From assembly GCA_963714865.1 (NCBI GenBank), contig CAVQPR010000001.1:402474-466473 (forward strand): 64,000 nucleotides of DNA, written 5' to 3'. The DNA is from an uncultured Actinomycetes bacterium. GTDB taxonomy: Bacteria > Actinomycetota > UBA4738 > HRBIN12. The translations under genes were made by a program, and so were the position numbers. The notes below the pieces were generated by a model that had not been told where the DNA came from, made no database searches, and worked only from the letters and a program-made list of their open reading frames with translations. This document shows positions 18,913 to 29,151 of this stretch, in pieces (positions within the stretch are counted from its first letter, which is position 1; every line of letters begins with the position of its first letter).

Positions 18913-20269
18913 GGAAGCCGAGCGGGTGTTAGGGCTCGTGTCCGAACCGGAGGTAGCGGCCGCGACAAGCCGCGAGTCCACGGCCCGTGACAAGTATTGG
19001 TACGCCGATCGGTTCCAACCTCCGCTGCTCGGGAGGGCTGCCGAGGCCCGGGTGCGACTCCGACTCGGCCCCGACGGACATCTGTGGCGTTACTCCCACG
19101 GCGTCTACCTCCCCGACGGCTCCGAGTGGTTGGCCGAGTTCGTCCGGGGAGAGTTGGGCGACGAGTTCCGCCGGCATCGACTCGGCGAGGTCGAAGCGTG
19201 GTGCAAGGCGAAGCACTCTGACCGGATCTCCATCGACCCCTCCCCCGATTGCGTCAACGTCAGGAACGGGTTGCTGTATCCGTTCGGCGACTCGCCCGAG
19301 CTGGAGCCGCATGACCCCGAGGTCGTGAGCCTCGCCCAGATAGATGCGGCGTGGGAACCCGAGGCCGACTGCCCCAACATCCTGCGTTTCCTGATCCAGT
19401 CATTCCCCGATCAGACGAACGAGGTCGTCGCCTTCTTGATGGAGTGGGTCGGGTACTGCCTGGTCCCGTCCCAGCGACTCAAGAAGGCCCTGATGCTCTG
19501 CGGGCCGTCGAACACCGGCAAGTCGGTCCTGTTGGCGGTCATCGAGCGATTGCTGGGGTCGGTCAACGTGAGCAACAAGACGTTGCAGACGATCTCGGAT
19601 AACCGCTTCGCGGCGGCAGGGCTGTACGGCAAGCTCGCCAACATCTGCGCCGACCTGGACGCAAAGACGCTCAAGCAGACCGGCATGTTCAAGGCGATCA
19701 CGGGGGGTGTTGACTCCATCGACGCCGAGCGCAAGTACGGCGACTCGTTCTCGTTCGTGCCGTATAGCCGCCTGATGTTCTCGGCCAACAATCCCCCCGG
19801 CACGCCTGACCAGACGACCGCGTACTACGGTCGGTGGCTACTGTTGCCGATGGCGCAGGTTCGCACACAAGCCGACCAAGATCCAGGGTTGATCGACCGT
19901 CTGACGACCGATGCGGAGATGTCGGGCCTGCTGCGCCACGGCGTCAACGGGATGCGGCGACTGATGGATCGGGGCCACTTCGATGAACCCCCGCTGATGA
20001 CGAAAGCCGGGACCGACTACCGGGCCAAGACCGATACCGTCGTCGGCTACGTCGAGGACCGATGCGAGTTCGACCCCGACGCGCGAACCCGAACCTCTGC
20101 GCTCTATTCCGACTACAAGACGTGGTGCGAGGAGGTCGGCAAGCACCACTTGAGTGAGGGCAACTTCCGAGCGCAACTAGACGACACCTACGAGCTAGCG
20201 GACCTGCATCCGAAGTCGGCGGGATACCCAACGTGGTTCGGGATCAGACCGGCGTACCGCGACCCATAA
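18899..20269 (+). CDS. phage/plasmid primase, P4 family (D5-like NTPase C-terminal domain)
   Basis: Walker A motif LCGPSNTGKS, plus the D5_N-like and primase C-terminal architecture. Start overlaps the upstream gene. Confidence 0.85.
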   Translation: MVAYEEAERVLGLVSEPEVAAATSRESTARDKYWYADRFQPPLLGRAAEARVRLRLGPDGHLWRYSHGVYLPDGSEWLAEFVRGELGDEFRRHRLGEVEAWCKAKHSDRISIDPSPDCVNVRNGLLYPFGDSPELEPHDPEVVSLAQIDAAWEPEADCPNILRFLIQSFPDQTNEVVAFLMEWVGYCLVPSQRLKKALMLCGPSNTGKSVLLAVIERLLGSVNVSNKTLQTISDNRFAAAGLYGKLANICADLDAKTLKQTGMFKAITGGVDSIDAERKYGDSFSFVPYSRLMFSANNPPGTPDQTTAYYGRWLLLPMAQVRTQADQDPGLIDRLTTDAEMSGLLRHGVNGMRRLMDRGHFDEPPLMTKAGTDYRAKTDTVVGYVEDRCEFDPDARTRTSALYSDYKTWCEEVGKHHLSEGNFRAQLDDTYELADLHPKSAGYPTWFGIRPAYRDP

Positions 20270-20322
20270 GCAAGGGTGTAGAATCCGCGACCGGACCCCT
20301 GGGGGTGATCTCCTTTCACGAG

Positions 20323-20729
20323 GATGTATCAGCCAAGCCCCCGGGGGTTCTTTCTACCCCCACCCCATAAGCACGACCCCTCGCGTGACCCCCACCCCAT
20401 AAGCAAGTGCCGGCGATCCGGGGGGGTCCCTTGTGCTTCGGCGACACCCCCACCGGGGGCCTATCCCAGTGTCCGCGCCCATTAGAGTCGCAGCCGACGG
20501 TTATACGCACTGATAGCAAACCCGGCCACCGAACATAATGGGATGAGATACCCCCTACCCCTCGCGTGATCCCCTACGCGCGGAGGTATTCAGTGTCTAT
20601 CTTCGCAGGTCAGACCCCCTATGGCAGTCATCCCCCGTTACGATCTCGTGACGAGATCCCTTGAGAATCTTCCGCGAAAGGCTTTACTTCCATGCCTATA
20701 TGTCCGATACTTTCCTTGGCTGATACATC
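20323..20729. repeat. noncoding repeat module of about 400 bp, bounded by 15-bp perfect inverted repeats (GATGTATCAGCCAAG)
   Basis: Inverted repeats at 20323-20337 and 20715-20729. Inside are two copies of CCCCCACCCCATAAGCA (20357-20373 and 20389-20405), two copies of CCCCTCGCGTGA, and an ATAAGCAAG motif that recurs at 20262 and 22479. Confidence 0.65.
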
Positions 20730-20747
20730 GAGTGAAAGGAGTCAGCC

Positions 20748-20945
20748 ATGCGGACAGTAGAGATTCCTTGGTATTGCGCTAACGCGGAAGATCCATCCGC
20801 GCTAGAGCAGATCGAATCGGGTTGGGACGATTGCCCCGGCTGCGGCGGGTTGGCGTGCGTTCTGGAGTCCAACCCGCTTGACGAGTACCTCGCGCAATGC
20901 CCGAACCCGGGATGCGAGCTGCGCTATGTGGTCGTGATCCCATGA
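20748..20945 (+). CDS. small zinc-ribbon-like protein
   Basis: Strong RBS (AAAGGAG). Cysteine pairs CPGCGG...CPNPGC. Confidence 0.55.
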   Translation: MRTVEIPWYCANAEDPSALEQIESGWDDCPGCGGLACVLESNPLDEYLAQCPNPGCELRYVVVIP

Positions 20946-21193
20946 CCGCCATGACGCGCCAACACTTCACGTTCATCGCCGACGTGCTGAGCGAGTCTTA
21001 CCCGGTCGGCGGATACCCCAGCGGGCCCGACGACGACGCTATGCGGCGAGCCTATTGGGAATGGCTCGTGCGCTACTTCGGCGAACGGCTGCGCGAAACG
21101 AATCCGGGTTTCAATCCGGAACGGTTCGCCGACGCATGCCGGCGGGTTATCGAGATCGACGAGACATCCAGCGCGAACTACGGGGAGGTCTGA
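20942..21193 (+). CDS. hypothetical protein
   Basis: ATGA overlap with the upstream gene. 83 aa. Confidence 0.5.
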   Translation: MTAMTRQHFTFIADVLSESYPVGGYPSGPDDDAMRRAYWEWLVRYFGERLRETNPGFNPERFADACRRVIEIDETSSANYGEV

Positions 21194-21195
21194 CC

Positions 21196-21681
21196 ATGAC
21201 ACTCGACCATGACGTCCTATTCGATATCGAGACCTACGCTGACCGTAGCGGCACCCCCTACCCCACGATCCAGCTAACGGCCGGCACCTATGGGGATGAC
21301 CGCTACCGCGCCGTCAAACGGCTGGAGCGCGACGGTAGGGTCCGCATCGTTCACGACCGCTGGGGATGGTCCTATGTCTCGACGCTCCGCGCGTCGATCA
21401 GCATCGGGCGCGAGGTTCACGGGTTGCCGCACGAGGTACAGGGTTCGGCCGACCACGCGCTGCGATGGGAAACGGGGGAACGCGAGCAACACTGCGCCTA
21501 CCTCGAGAACACCTATGCGGACGGATACCCGGGATACCTCGAGCGGTACCTCGCGGGGATCTCGAGCCGCGCACGGTGCGACAACGCGCGGAGGTCCGAC
21601 GGCTGTATCTACTGCGACGGCCGACCGCACGATAGGCGCGCGTCACACTTCGCGCGCACGGCACGGGAGGTGGCAGCATGA
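21196..21681 (+). CDS. hypothetical protein
   Basis: GGGGAGG RBS. 161 aa. C-terminal Cys/His cluster (CDNARRSDGCIYCDGRPHD). Confidence 0.55.
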   Translation: MTLDHDVLFDIETYADRSGTPYPTIQLTAGTYGDDRYRAVKRLERDGRVRIVHDRWGWSYVSTLRASISIGREVHGLPHEVQGSADHALRWETGEREQHCAYLENTYADGYPGYLERYLAGISSRARCDNARRSDGCIYCDGRPHDRRASHFARTAREVAA

Positions 21682-21992
21682 CCGTTGACCTGACCACGCC
21701 GACGTTCGAAACGATCAGCGAAACGCGACTGCCGTTCAAGGACGGCAAAGAGATAGTCGTCGCGCTGCGGCGCTCGCCCAACGGCCATGCTGCGGTCGAT
21801 GTACGCGAGCACGTGCTGGCATCGGATGCGCCCGTGATCGTGGGCAAGGGTAAGTCTCGACGGGTCCGCTCAGACTTCACGGGTCCGACTCGATGCGGAT
21901 TCTGGATGCCGAACCCGTCAACCCTGCTGGATCTGGCCGACGCTATCGCACGCTACGCGCTGGAGCTGGAGACCCTGCAAACGACGGATTGA
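21678..21992 (+). CDS. hypothetical protein
   Basis: Start overlaps the upstream stop. 104 aa. Confidence 0.5.
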   Translation: MTVDLTTPTFETISETRLPFKDGKEIVVALRRSPNGHAAVDVREHVLASDAPVIVGKGKSRRVRSDFTGPTRCGFWMPNPSTLLDLADAIARYALELETLQTTD

Positions 21993-22166
21993 CTGCACTG
22001 AGCGCGCGGCACGCTGGCCCCTCGACGCTACCGCGAGGTCGGGGGGTCTCGTGCGCCCGAGGGGGGAACCCGACGCGCCGGCCACCGATCTGGCCCCCGA
22101 AACACTCCCCCAACCGGATAGGGCCACTGACCTGGGCATATGCGAAAGTCGGGGGAGTCACGGGAC

Positions 22167-22210
22167 CCAAAAACCGTTAGATGAAAGTCAGTTTCATTCT
22201 AGGGTTTTTG
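22167..22210. terminator. bidirectional intrinsic-terminator-like hairpin
   Basis: CCAAAAACC...ATGAAA-gtcag-TTTCAT...GGTTTTTG. Stem-loop with U-runs on both strands, located between convergent gene sets. Confidence 0.5.
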
Positions 22211-22899
22211 ACTCCCCAAGACTCCCCAAGGTCCCCCAACCAGATCACTACCGCTGATGGCGGATGCTAAGCATTACTCCCCGCACGGGCGAACCTCCGC
22301 CCTCGCATGGCCGCATGGCACGCGAGACACCCCCACGATCCCAGCTACCGCACGCTCAGCTACAGTCTGCTAACCAGTTGTTAGCCTCTCTACCCCGCGC
22401 GACCACGACGCGCTGACCTGCACGTTTGTCCGTCGTCGGTCGCGCTACTCCGCGTGGTTAGTGACTGTACGCATGGGATAAGCAAGTAGGTGAGCGTGGG
22501 GTGCGGGCCAACTATCGGTACCGTCCGCCGGCGGGCGGGGGTGTGTCCCTGTCTCGCGATCATGACGGGGGCGAGGGGGGTGCCCCGACCGGGGTCCATT
22601 ACGTGGGGGCACTGTGATGTATATGTGAACCGTGAAACATTACCCCGCAGTGTTTCTCACCGATGAGCTTACCAGCCTCCCGCTGCGAACTACAGAAGTG
22701 TCATTCTCCACGTTTCTAAGCCCTCGCCGAAGGTTGACTAGGTACTTCGTACTAGTCCGGGGCGACCCACGGCTTAGAGGGGCTGAGAACGCCGAAAGCG
22801 GGGTGCCTAGCCGCCAGGACGGCTGGAACGGATCCGTTGGGTCGGGTCTCCTGGCGGCAAGCCGAAGCCACCGGAGCGACCCTTGGTAGTCGAGATGGC

Positions 22900-23205
22900 T
22901 CATGGGGCCACGGTTGAGCGGGTGCAGCGATTGAACGCCGCATCCCAGGTTCCGCCGTTCGTGACGCAGGCGAGGTATAGGTCCTCTCGGATCTCGATGA
23001 AGCCAGGCGTCTGGGTCTGTGAGGCTTCCTCTGGTCGTGAGTCGGCCCACAGGATGCCGCCCACCACTGCAATGATGACCGCTAGGGCCACGACGACCGA
23101 GACCCACTGCCGCGTCTCGTCCTTCTTCGACTTGTCGCGTGCCTGCGTCTTTCGAAGCTCGGCAATCTCGCGTTCGAGTCGTTCGATCCGGTCATCGTCG
23201 GGCAT
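22900..23205 (-). CDS. hypothetical membrane-anchored coiled-coil protein
   Basis: Coiled coil (IERLEREIAELRK) followed by a TM helix (WVSVVVALAVIIAVVGGILW). Confidence 0.5.
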   Translation of the reverse strand: MPDDDRIERLEREIAELRKTQARDKSKKDETRQWVSVVVALAVIIAVVGGILWADSRPEEASQTQTPGFIEIREDLYLACVTNGGTWDAAFNRCTRSTVAP

Positions 23206-23410
23206 GGTTCTCAGGGTCCTATGCGGTGCTGGTCGGGTCAAGGCTCCGACTGCATCAGGTCCAACTCGAACGCCATGCGTAGATCGTCGTCGGCCTCTAG
23301 ATCGATCAGGATCTCAGCCATGCCCGGATTCCGTTCGGCCAACTCCGAGATGATGCGGGCACGCTCGGCCGATGAGGCGAGAAGGTAGGTCACCAGATTT
23401 CCGCGCAAGC

Positions 23411-23770
23411 TCATCGGGGTTCCAGTTCTTGCTCCAGTTCCTTCGCCCGCTCCAGGAGGCCGTCAAGTTCCACAATCTGAGGGTTCCACGCCTCTAGGTC
23501 CTCAGCCATCTCCCTCTCAGCATTCTGCAGGGCCTCTTCGTTGAACGAAGTCTCGCTGAGAGCCTTCTGCATCTCTACATCCCTCACTGCATCGAAGACC
23601 CCTGCGGCATGAAGCTCGACAAGGAGCTGACCGACGCGCCGCTGGATCGCGTCCGCCAAGTCGAAGTTCGGAAGGACCGGGCGCTGTTGCCTATGCGCCC
23701 GGGTGATGTATTCGATCTCGGGCCTGTACTCCTTGTGAAGCTCCGCACCGTCGTGGGTCTGCTGCTCCAT
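23411..23770 (-). CDS. hypothetical protein
   Basis: Strong RBS (GGGGGAAGGAAGG) before the start at MEQQTHDG. Confidence 0.5.
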   Translation of the reverse strand: MEQQTHDGAELHKEYRPEIEYITRAHRQQRPVLPNFDLADAIQRRVGQLLVELHAAGVFDAVRDVEMQKALSETSFNEEALQNAEREMAEDLEAWNPQIVELDGLLERAKELEQELEPR

Positions 23771-23828
23771 CGCCCTTCCTTCCCCCTCGAGGGCCGCCCG
23801 CCCGGAGTCGCCTTCCTCGTCCATGGCC

Positions 23829-24143
23829 TCACCTGACCCTGGGAGATCCGACTCGTCGAGCCACGTCCTGCGCCACGACCCCCGGATGCACCTCGCCCAG
23901 CCGAGCGAACGTGCGATCAACCGCAGTCAGGAACCCAGCCGGATCGGAGTTGCGACCGCTCCGCGTCCATACCGAGTAGGCGGTGGAGTCGATGACGATG
24001 CAGTCCCCGTGAGTCGTCAGGAACACCCCGTACCCCTCGCGCTCGCGGACCGCTTGGGCGTCAAAGAAGACCCTCACGTCATAGCCGGCAGCATCCCGCG
24101 TGGAGAAGTCTCGGCTGAGGATCGGTTCTTGAAGCTTCTGCAT
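23829..24143 (-). CDS. hypothetical protein
   Basis: GGAGGAGG RBS before the start at MQKLQEP. Confidence 0.5.
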   Translation of the reverse strand: MQKLQEPILSRDFSTRDAAGYDVRVFFDAQAVREREGYGVFLTTHGDCIVIDSTAYSVWTRSGRNSDPAGFLTAVDRTFARLGEVHPGVVAQDVARRVGSPRVR

Positions 24144-24383
24144 CGCTGCCTCCTCCCTAGGCGTCCACATCCTCCACATCGTCGATGACGTGTGGAAACT
24201 CACCCAAGCACCCGGACCCGCATCAAGGGAACTAGACAGCGAGGAAGATGGCCCGAAAGCACCATTGACGCGCAGCGCGGCTAGGACTGGCGGCGTTCGA
24301 TGCGGCGCAGCCTCGACGAAAGACTCTGCGGCGTGATGCCCAACCCTTGGTCAGTCATGGTCCCAAATCAGCAAGCGGGGCGA

Positions 24384-25581
24384 TCAACAAGAGGAGAGTC
24401 GGTCCCTCGAGTCCCGGCGGCAGGCATCAGCTCCGGAACCCCCCTTTGCAGCGTCATTCCCCTTCTTGCCGTCCGCAGAATCGACGGCGTCATTCCCGGA
24501 ACCCGCCACAAGCAAATCCGCGCCCGGTCCACCCACGAGGATGTCGGATCCGGCACCCCCATACATCTTGTCGTCGCCCGGACCGCCAAGAAGGATGTCG
24601 TGTCCGCCAAGCCCACGGATTGTGTCCTTCCCTCCAAGTCCGCAGATGAAGTCGTCCCCGCTCGTTCCTATGAGCAAGTCTGGCCCTCCGGTTCCGACAA
24701 CGGTGCACGTCGGTTGCCAGCTAGGGAACAGCCATCCGCCCAATGATGGTGAGAGCAGGAGACGATCGTTGCTCCCATCAGCGTCCATGACGCGAAGGCC
24801 GCCACTGCCTTTGTAGATGATCTGCGTTCCATCCGGCGACCAGTCCGGGGACCCCGATACTGTTGGTCTCGTCAAACACCAGCTCGGTAGGGTTCGATCC
24901 GTCCGCATCCATCGTCACGATTGCGGACCCGCTCGGTCCGATCACCTTGTAGAGGATGTGGAATCCGTCAGGGGACCAGTGCGGTGACACTTCCTCCACC
25001 GATGGCGTCTGTGTCAGATTGACGGGCACACCCCCAGCTGCCGGCATGACATAGATGTCCTTGGACGTCCCGTAGGTGACATAGGCGATGGCCGAACCGT
25101 CCGGTGAATACGTCGGGGAGCCCTCGTGTTCCGGGGTATTCGTTAGCCGTTTGACATGCCGCCCGTTGAAGTCCATCGAGTACAGGTCAGCGGGCGAACC
25201 TGAATCAGCTGCTCGGCCAAAGACGATGAACGATCCGTCTGGAGACCAACTTGGACTTGTGCCCCCGGGAGGAGCGATCCGTTTGACTGCCTTGAACTCT
25301 GAGGACATTACGTAGACGCCTGAGCTCTGCGAGAAGGCGATTCGACCACCATCAGGCGACCACTCAAGCCGGGTCATGTAGACGTCTTCCACGTCGTGAA
25401 GTCGTTGGTTCGACCCGTTAGCGTTCGCAGTCCATACCCCAACCCCAGGAGCCCAGGCTATCTTCCCGTTCGCTCCTGGGAAGGCGGCACCGGCTGGGAC
25501 GCTCTGCGCCACGATCGGAACGCACACGGTCACCATCAAGAGCAGTCTCATCAGCATCGCACTGGCCGATCTTGTTGACAT
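24384..25581 (-). pseudogene. secreted TolB-like PD40 beta-propeller protein with C-terminal RTX-type GGxGxD repeats, carrying a 1-nt frameshift near 24850-24880
   Basis: Signal peptide. Repeated SP(D/H)WSPDG PD40 motifs continue across a shift from the frame of ORF 24778..25734 to that of ORF 24384..24908. The frameshift may be a sequencing artefact. Confidence 0.6.
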
Positions 25582-25664
25582 GGCCTTGTTGTCGGCACGA
25601 GCAACGAGGCACTTGAGCAGGCGCAAGGTGCCTGTGCCAGGCCTCGGGCGGACACGCTGCTCAG

Positions 25665-26180
25665 TTATCCAAGCGCTTGGGCTATGTCCAAGAAGAACCG
25701 CTCTCGACAGCCCGGCAGGTTCCTCACGACACATGAAGGGTGGTACGTCACCCAGACCTCGATCGCAGGGTCTAGGTAGCGGGAGCGGTGCGGGTTGTCA
25801 GCGCGTAGATCTCGAATGACAGTCCTCACATCGAGAACGGCGCGCACCGCGACCTCCCCGAGAGCGATTACCTTCGCGGGTCGACGCTGTTGAATCTCGG
25901 TGACCAAGCGACCATGGCAAGCGTCGATCTCAGCTTGCTTGGGCTTGGCCTGTTCGGGATGGCAGAGCACGACATTCGTGATGTATGCGGACGACCGTTC
26001 GAAACGGGCGTTCTTCAGGGCCTCGTCCAGGATCCCTCCCGATGGTCCGACGAACGGCTTTCCAAGACCGACCTCGGTCTCCCCGGGGGCCCAGCCCACA
26101 ATCACGACATCCGCGTCGTCGGGGCCATCACTGGGGACGAACTCACGATCGCCAAGGGGGCAGTCGAGACAGCGGGCCAA
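25665..26180 (-). CDS. uracil-DNA glycosylase, family 4
   Basis: GWAPGETE (the GE[AP]PG motif), PFVGPSG and a C-terminal HPS motif. Start assigned to an in-frame TTG (uncertain) immediately after the upstream stop. Confidence 0.7.
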   Translation of the reverse strand: MARCLDCPLGDREFVPSDGPDDADVVIVGWAPGETEVGLGKPFVGPSGGILDEALKNARFERSSAYITNVVLCHPEQAKPKQAEIDACHGRLVTEIQQRRPAKVIALGEVAVRAVLDVRTVIRDLRADNPHRSRYLDPAIEVWVTYHPSCVVRNLPGCRERFFLDIAQALG

Positions 26181-26187
26181 AGGTGCC

Positions 26188-26577
26188 TCAGATTCCGCCA
26201 GACGAGGCCTCTGCGGGGACGAACAGGCACCCGCAGAACCGGCACTTCCGGGCGGCGAAGCGGATCTCCTCGGCGCAGTCAGGGCAGACCCTGTTCTCAG
26301 GTGGAGGAGCGATGTGCTGCCTAGGCAGTTGTGGTTCGACCGCATTTTGGGGTGTGCCGCCGGCACGCGGATGTCCCGCCAATCGATAGACGACCGCGCC
26401 AAAGACTCCAGTCAGCAGGATCAAGGCCACCCAAGGGAGCTTGCTTCCCGACCGAAAGCTCGTTCCCTCCGGCACCCGAAGACATACGATGAGCGTTTCG
26501 ATGGTGAAGAACGCGGCAATCCCCACGAGTAGCAGGACATTCACCGCAAGGATCTGATCTGTGGGGCTGCCGTTCAT
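26188..26577 (-). CDS. membrane protein with a C-terminal zinc ribbon
   Basis: Two TM helices, then CPDCAEEIRFAARKCRFCGC. Confidence 0.55.
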   Translation of the reverse strand: MNGSPTDQILAVNVLLLVGIAAFFTIETLIVCLRVPEGTSFRSGSKLPWVALILLTGVFGAVVYRLAGHPRAGGTPQNAVEPQLPRQHIAPPPENRVCPDCAEEIRFAARKCRFCGCLFVPAEASSGGI

Positions 26578-26748
26578 TGGGCTTTCATCGGCGTTGGCAC
26601 TCGGCGGCTTGAACCATTTGCGTCGCCCGTCCCGTGGTGCTCCTCGACAAGCGGCCCGCCGGGTCATCGAAGTTGGCCTCCCGTGACCGACTGCGCAGGC
26701 TGGGCATCCAGCGCCCCGTTTGACCTTCGAACGGCGATGCCCTTCCTA

Positions 26749-27123
26749 CTAATGAAGCACCACGTAGGTCACGAAAAAGCTGGAGCAGCTCTCCATCTTG
26801 GGTGAAGAGGCTGGAATGGCCGCCGCCACGTTCTCGAGAATCTCAATCAAGCTTTCGCTCTGACCGGCCTTCTCCAACTCTTGCTGCGACACCACGGCGA
26901 AGTCCCCGAGTCGGGTCTCCGAATCGCCGCAGCTGAGGGAGAGCTGGTCCAAGGCGCTCTGGAAGTCATCCACGACTGGGTCATCGGGCCAGACGTAGCT
27001 TCCAGCATCCACCGCCGCGAGCTTGCAGGCTGCCGTTGCGCAGGCACTTGACCCGGTTCCGCCGCCCGAAGAGCACGAACCGACAAGGGCAGATACGACG
27101 ACTAGGGTGGCTATTCGTCTCAT
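26749..27123 (-). CDS. lipoprotein
   Basis: Signal peptide with a lipobox (LVGSC). Confidence 0.6.
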   Translation of the reverse strand: MRRIATLVVVSALVGSCSSGGGTGSSACATAACKLAAVDAGSYVWPDDPVVDDFQSALDQLSLSCGDSETRLGDFAVVSQQELEKAGQSESLIEILENVAAAIPASSPKMESCSSFFVTYVVLH

Positions 27124-27298
27124 GGTTCCTAGTGAACCGTACGCTGAATCCAGCCTGCCCGCGAGGCCCACCCCGGGTTCCCCCAAGGAGAGGTAACGAT
27201 CCAGGAACGGTCAACCCATGATGTAGGCGGCGCCGCCGGGCGAGCCCACCCGGGACACCTCGCTTGAGTGAGATAGCCCTCATGCCGATACCTCATCG

Positions 27299-28979
27299 AT
27301 GACCCGGACAGCAGCGGCACTTGGGGGCATGATCCTAGTCTTGACGCTCGTCGTCCCTGTGACCGCAACCGCTGAGGCCCCCGCGTGCACTCCTGGGACC
27401 TGGGAAGTTCAAGAGACACCCGCAAGCAGCATGGACGTCCGCGACATAGCAGCCATCGGCCCGTCGAATGTCTGGGCCATCGGGTCGCTCGGCCCAACAC
27501 CGGCTGCTCTCCACTACGACGGCTCGGCCTGGACACAGATTCCAGTGCCCGCACCAGCAGGATCATCGAGGGTCGTTCTGAATGGGGTTGGAGGTACCTT
27601 GACATCCGACGCTTGGGCCGTTGGGACGGCCGTCTGGCCGGATGGAAGCCTCACCGAGGTACTCGAACACTGGGACGGGGCAACGTGGAGTGTGGTGCCG
27701 CCACCGACGCCCTTGCAGCCGTCAGACCGGAGACAGCTCAGTGACTTGACGGTCATATCGTCCTCCGACGCTGGGCTGTCGGATGGTCGCGGCTTTCAGA
27801 CCCCGACTCCCCTAGTGGATTCGTCGGGCGAACTCTCACGATGCACTGGGACGGATCGTCGTGGACGGAAGTGCCGAGCCCGAACCATCCGAACAGCAAC
27901 TACGACCTGCTACTCACGGTCTCCGCCTCGTCTTCAGACAACGTATGGGCACGTGGTCAGTGGGACGATGAATCCGCCTCAACTTGGGGAACTCCATCAT
28001 CCGCTGGGACGGAGCGAGGTGGCGTCTCGCCAAGAACCCGTTCGGAGACTTCCCGACTCCGGGCCCTGCAACGGCCTTCTGGAACATCGCTGCTCTATCT
28101 CCGACAGATGTGTGGCTCGCTGGCTACGAGGTGAAGGGTGGCAACCTTCTCCCCGCTGTCCAGCACTGGGATGGCTCATCCTGGCAGGAGATCGATGTTC
28201 ATGCGGGCGGACAGCTGATCGATATCACGGCATCCTCAGCTCAAGACATCTGGATGCTGGGGACGAACGACATCAGCACGTTCTCGTTCGGCCAGCACTG
28301 GGATGGTTCGCAAGCCTCGGCGTTTCCCAATGCCCAAGGACGTCAAGTGCTGTTCTGGTTCGGACACGCCCTCACGTCACTTCCCTCAGGTGATGTGTGG
28401 GCGGCGGGCAATTCGAGTTCCGATTCCAAGGTCTACATCCAGCACCTCTGCCCTATCCCCGTAGGAGATGCCTCGGCGAGCCTCGGCAACCGAGCCGCCT
28501 CCTCCGCGATCACCAAGGCCCGGCTGGGCCACGCCGTCGCCTGGAAGTTCCTTCGCAAGAATCGCAATCGACACGAGGTCAAGGACACGACAGGGATGAA
28601 GCTGTTCGATTCCGGTCTCAAGGCTCCCGGTGCTTCCTTCACCTGGCGCTTCCGGTGGTCGGGGACATACACCTGGAAAGACGCGGTGACCGGGCGTCGT
28701 GGCACTATCCGAGTCCCGATCGTCCTGAGCAAGACGCGGGGGCCGAAGACAACGGTGACGTGGTCAAGGTCCGATGCGCATGGCAAGTACGTCTTCGATG
28801 TGCAGGTCAAGGCACGAGGAACGGGCAAGTTCGTCATCTGGAAGAAGGGCGTCACGGTGCGCAAGGCGGTCTTCTCCCCGGATCGAGCGGGCCGCTACTA
28901 CTTCAGATCGCGGGTCAGGAAGCTCGGCGAGCATGCGCACTCGGGATGGTCTCCGGCAAGAGTGTTCACTAGGTGGTAG
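27299..28979 (+). pseudogene. secreted repeat protein (HWDGxxW...WAVG beta-propeller-like repeats) with at least 2 frameshifts (about 27770 and about 27990)
   Basis: Signal peptide. At least six HWDG(S/A)xW repeats run through three reading frames (track ORFs 27299..28393, 27841..28134 and 27984..28979). The frameshifts may be sequencing artefacts. Confidence 0.6.
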
Positions 28980-29151
28980 CACCGTGAGGGGCGCTACTCG
29001 ACCTTAGCCTTCTGCGGCCCGTTCCTCCGAAGCGGTGTCGTACTTGGGGACGCTGCTTGCGCACCACTCGCCCGGGGGGATAAAGGATCGGATGGTCGTC
29101 CTGCGTACTGCCCCCCAGGAGCGAGCGGCGGACGGTCGCGCCGATGAGGAG

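Noticed and set aside
20270-20750. Possible CRISPR array suggested by repeated C-rich motifs
   Set aside because: Only two copies of each motif with unequal spacing, no regular repeat-spacer periodicity and no cas genes. Interpreted as an iteron or inverted-repeat-bounded module instead.
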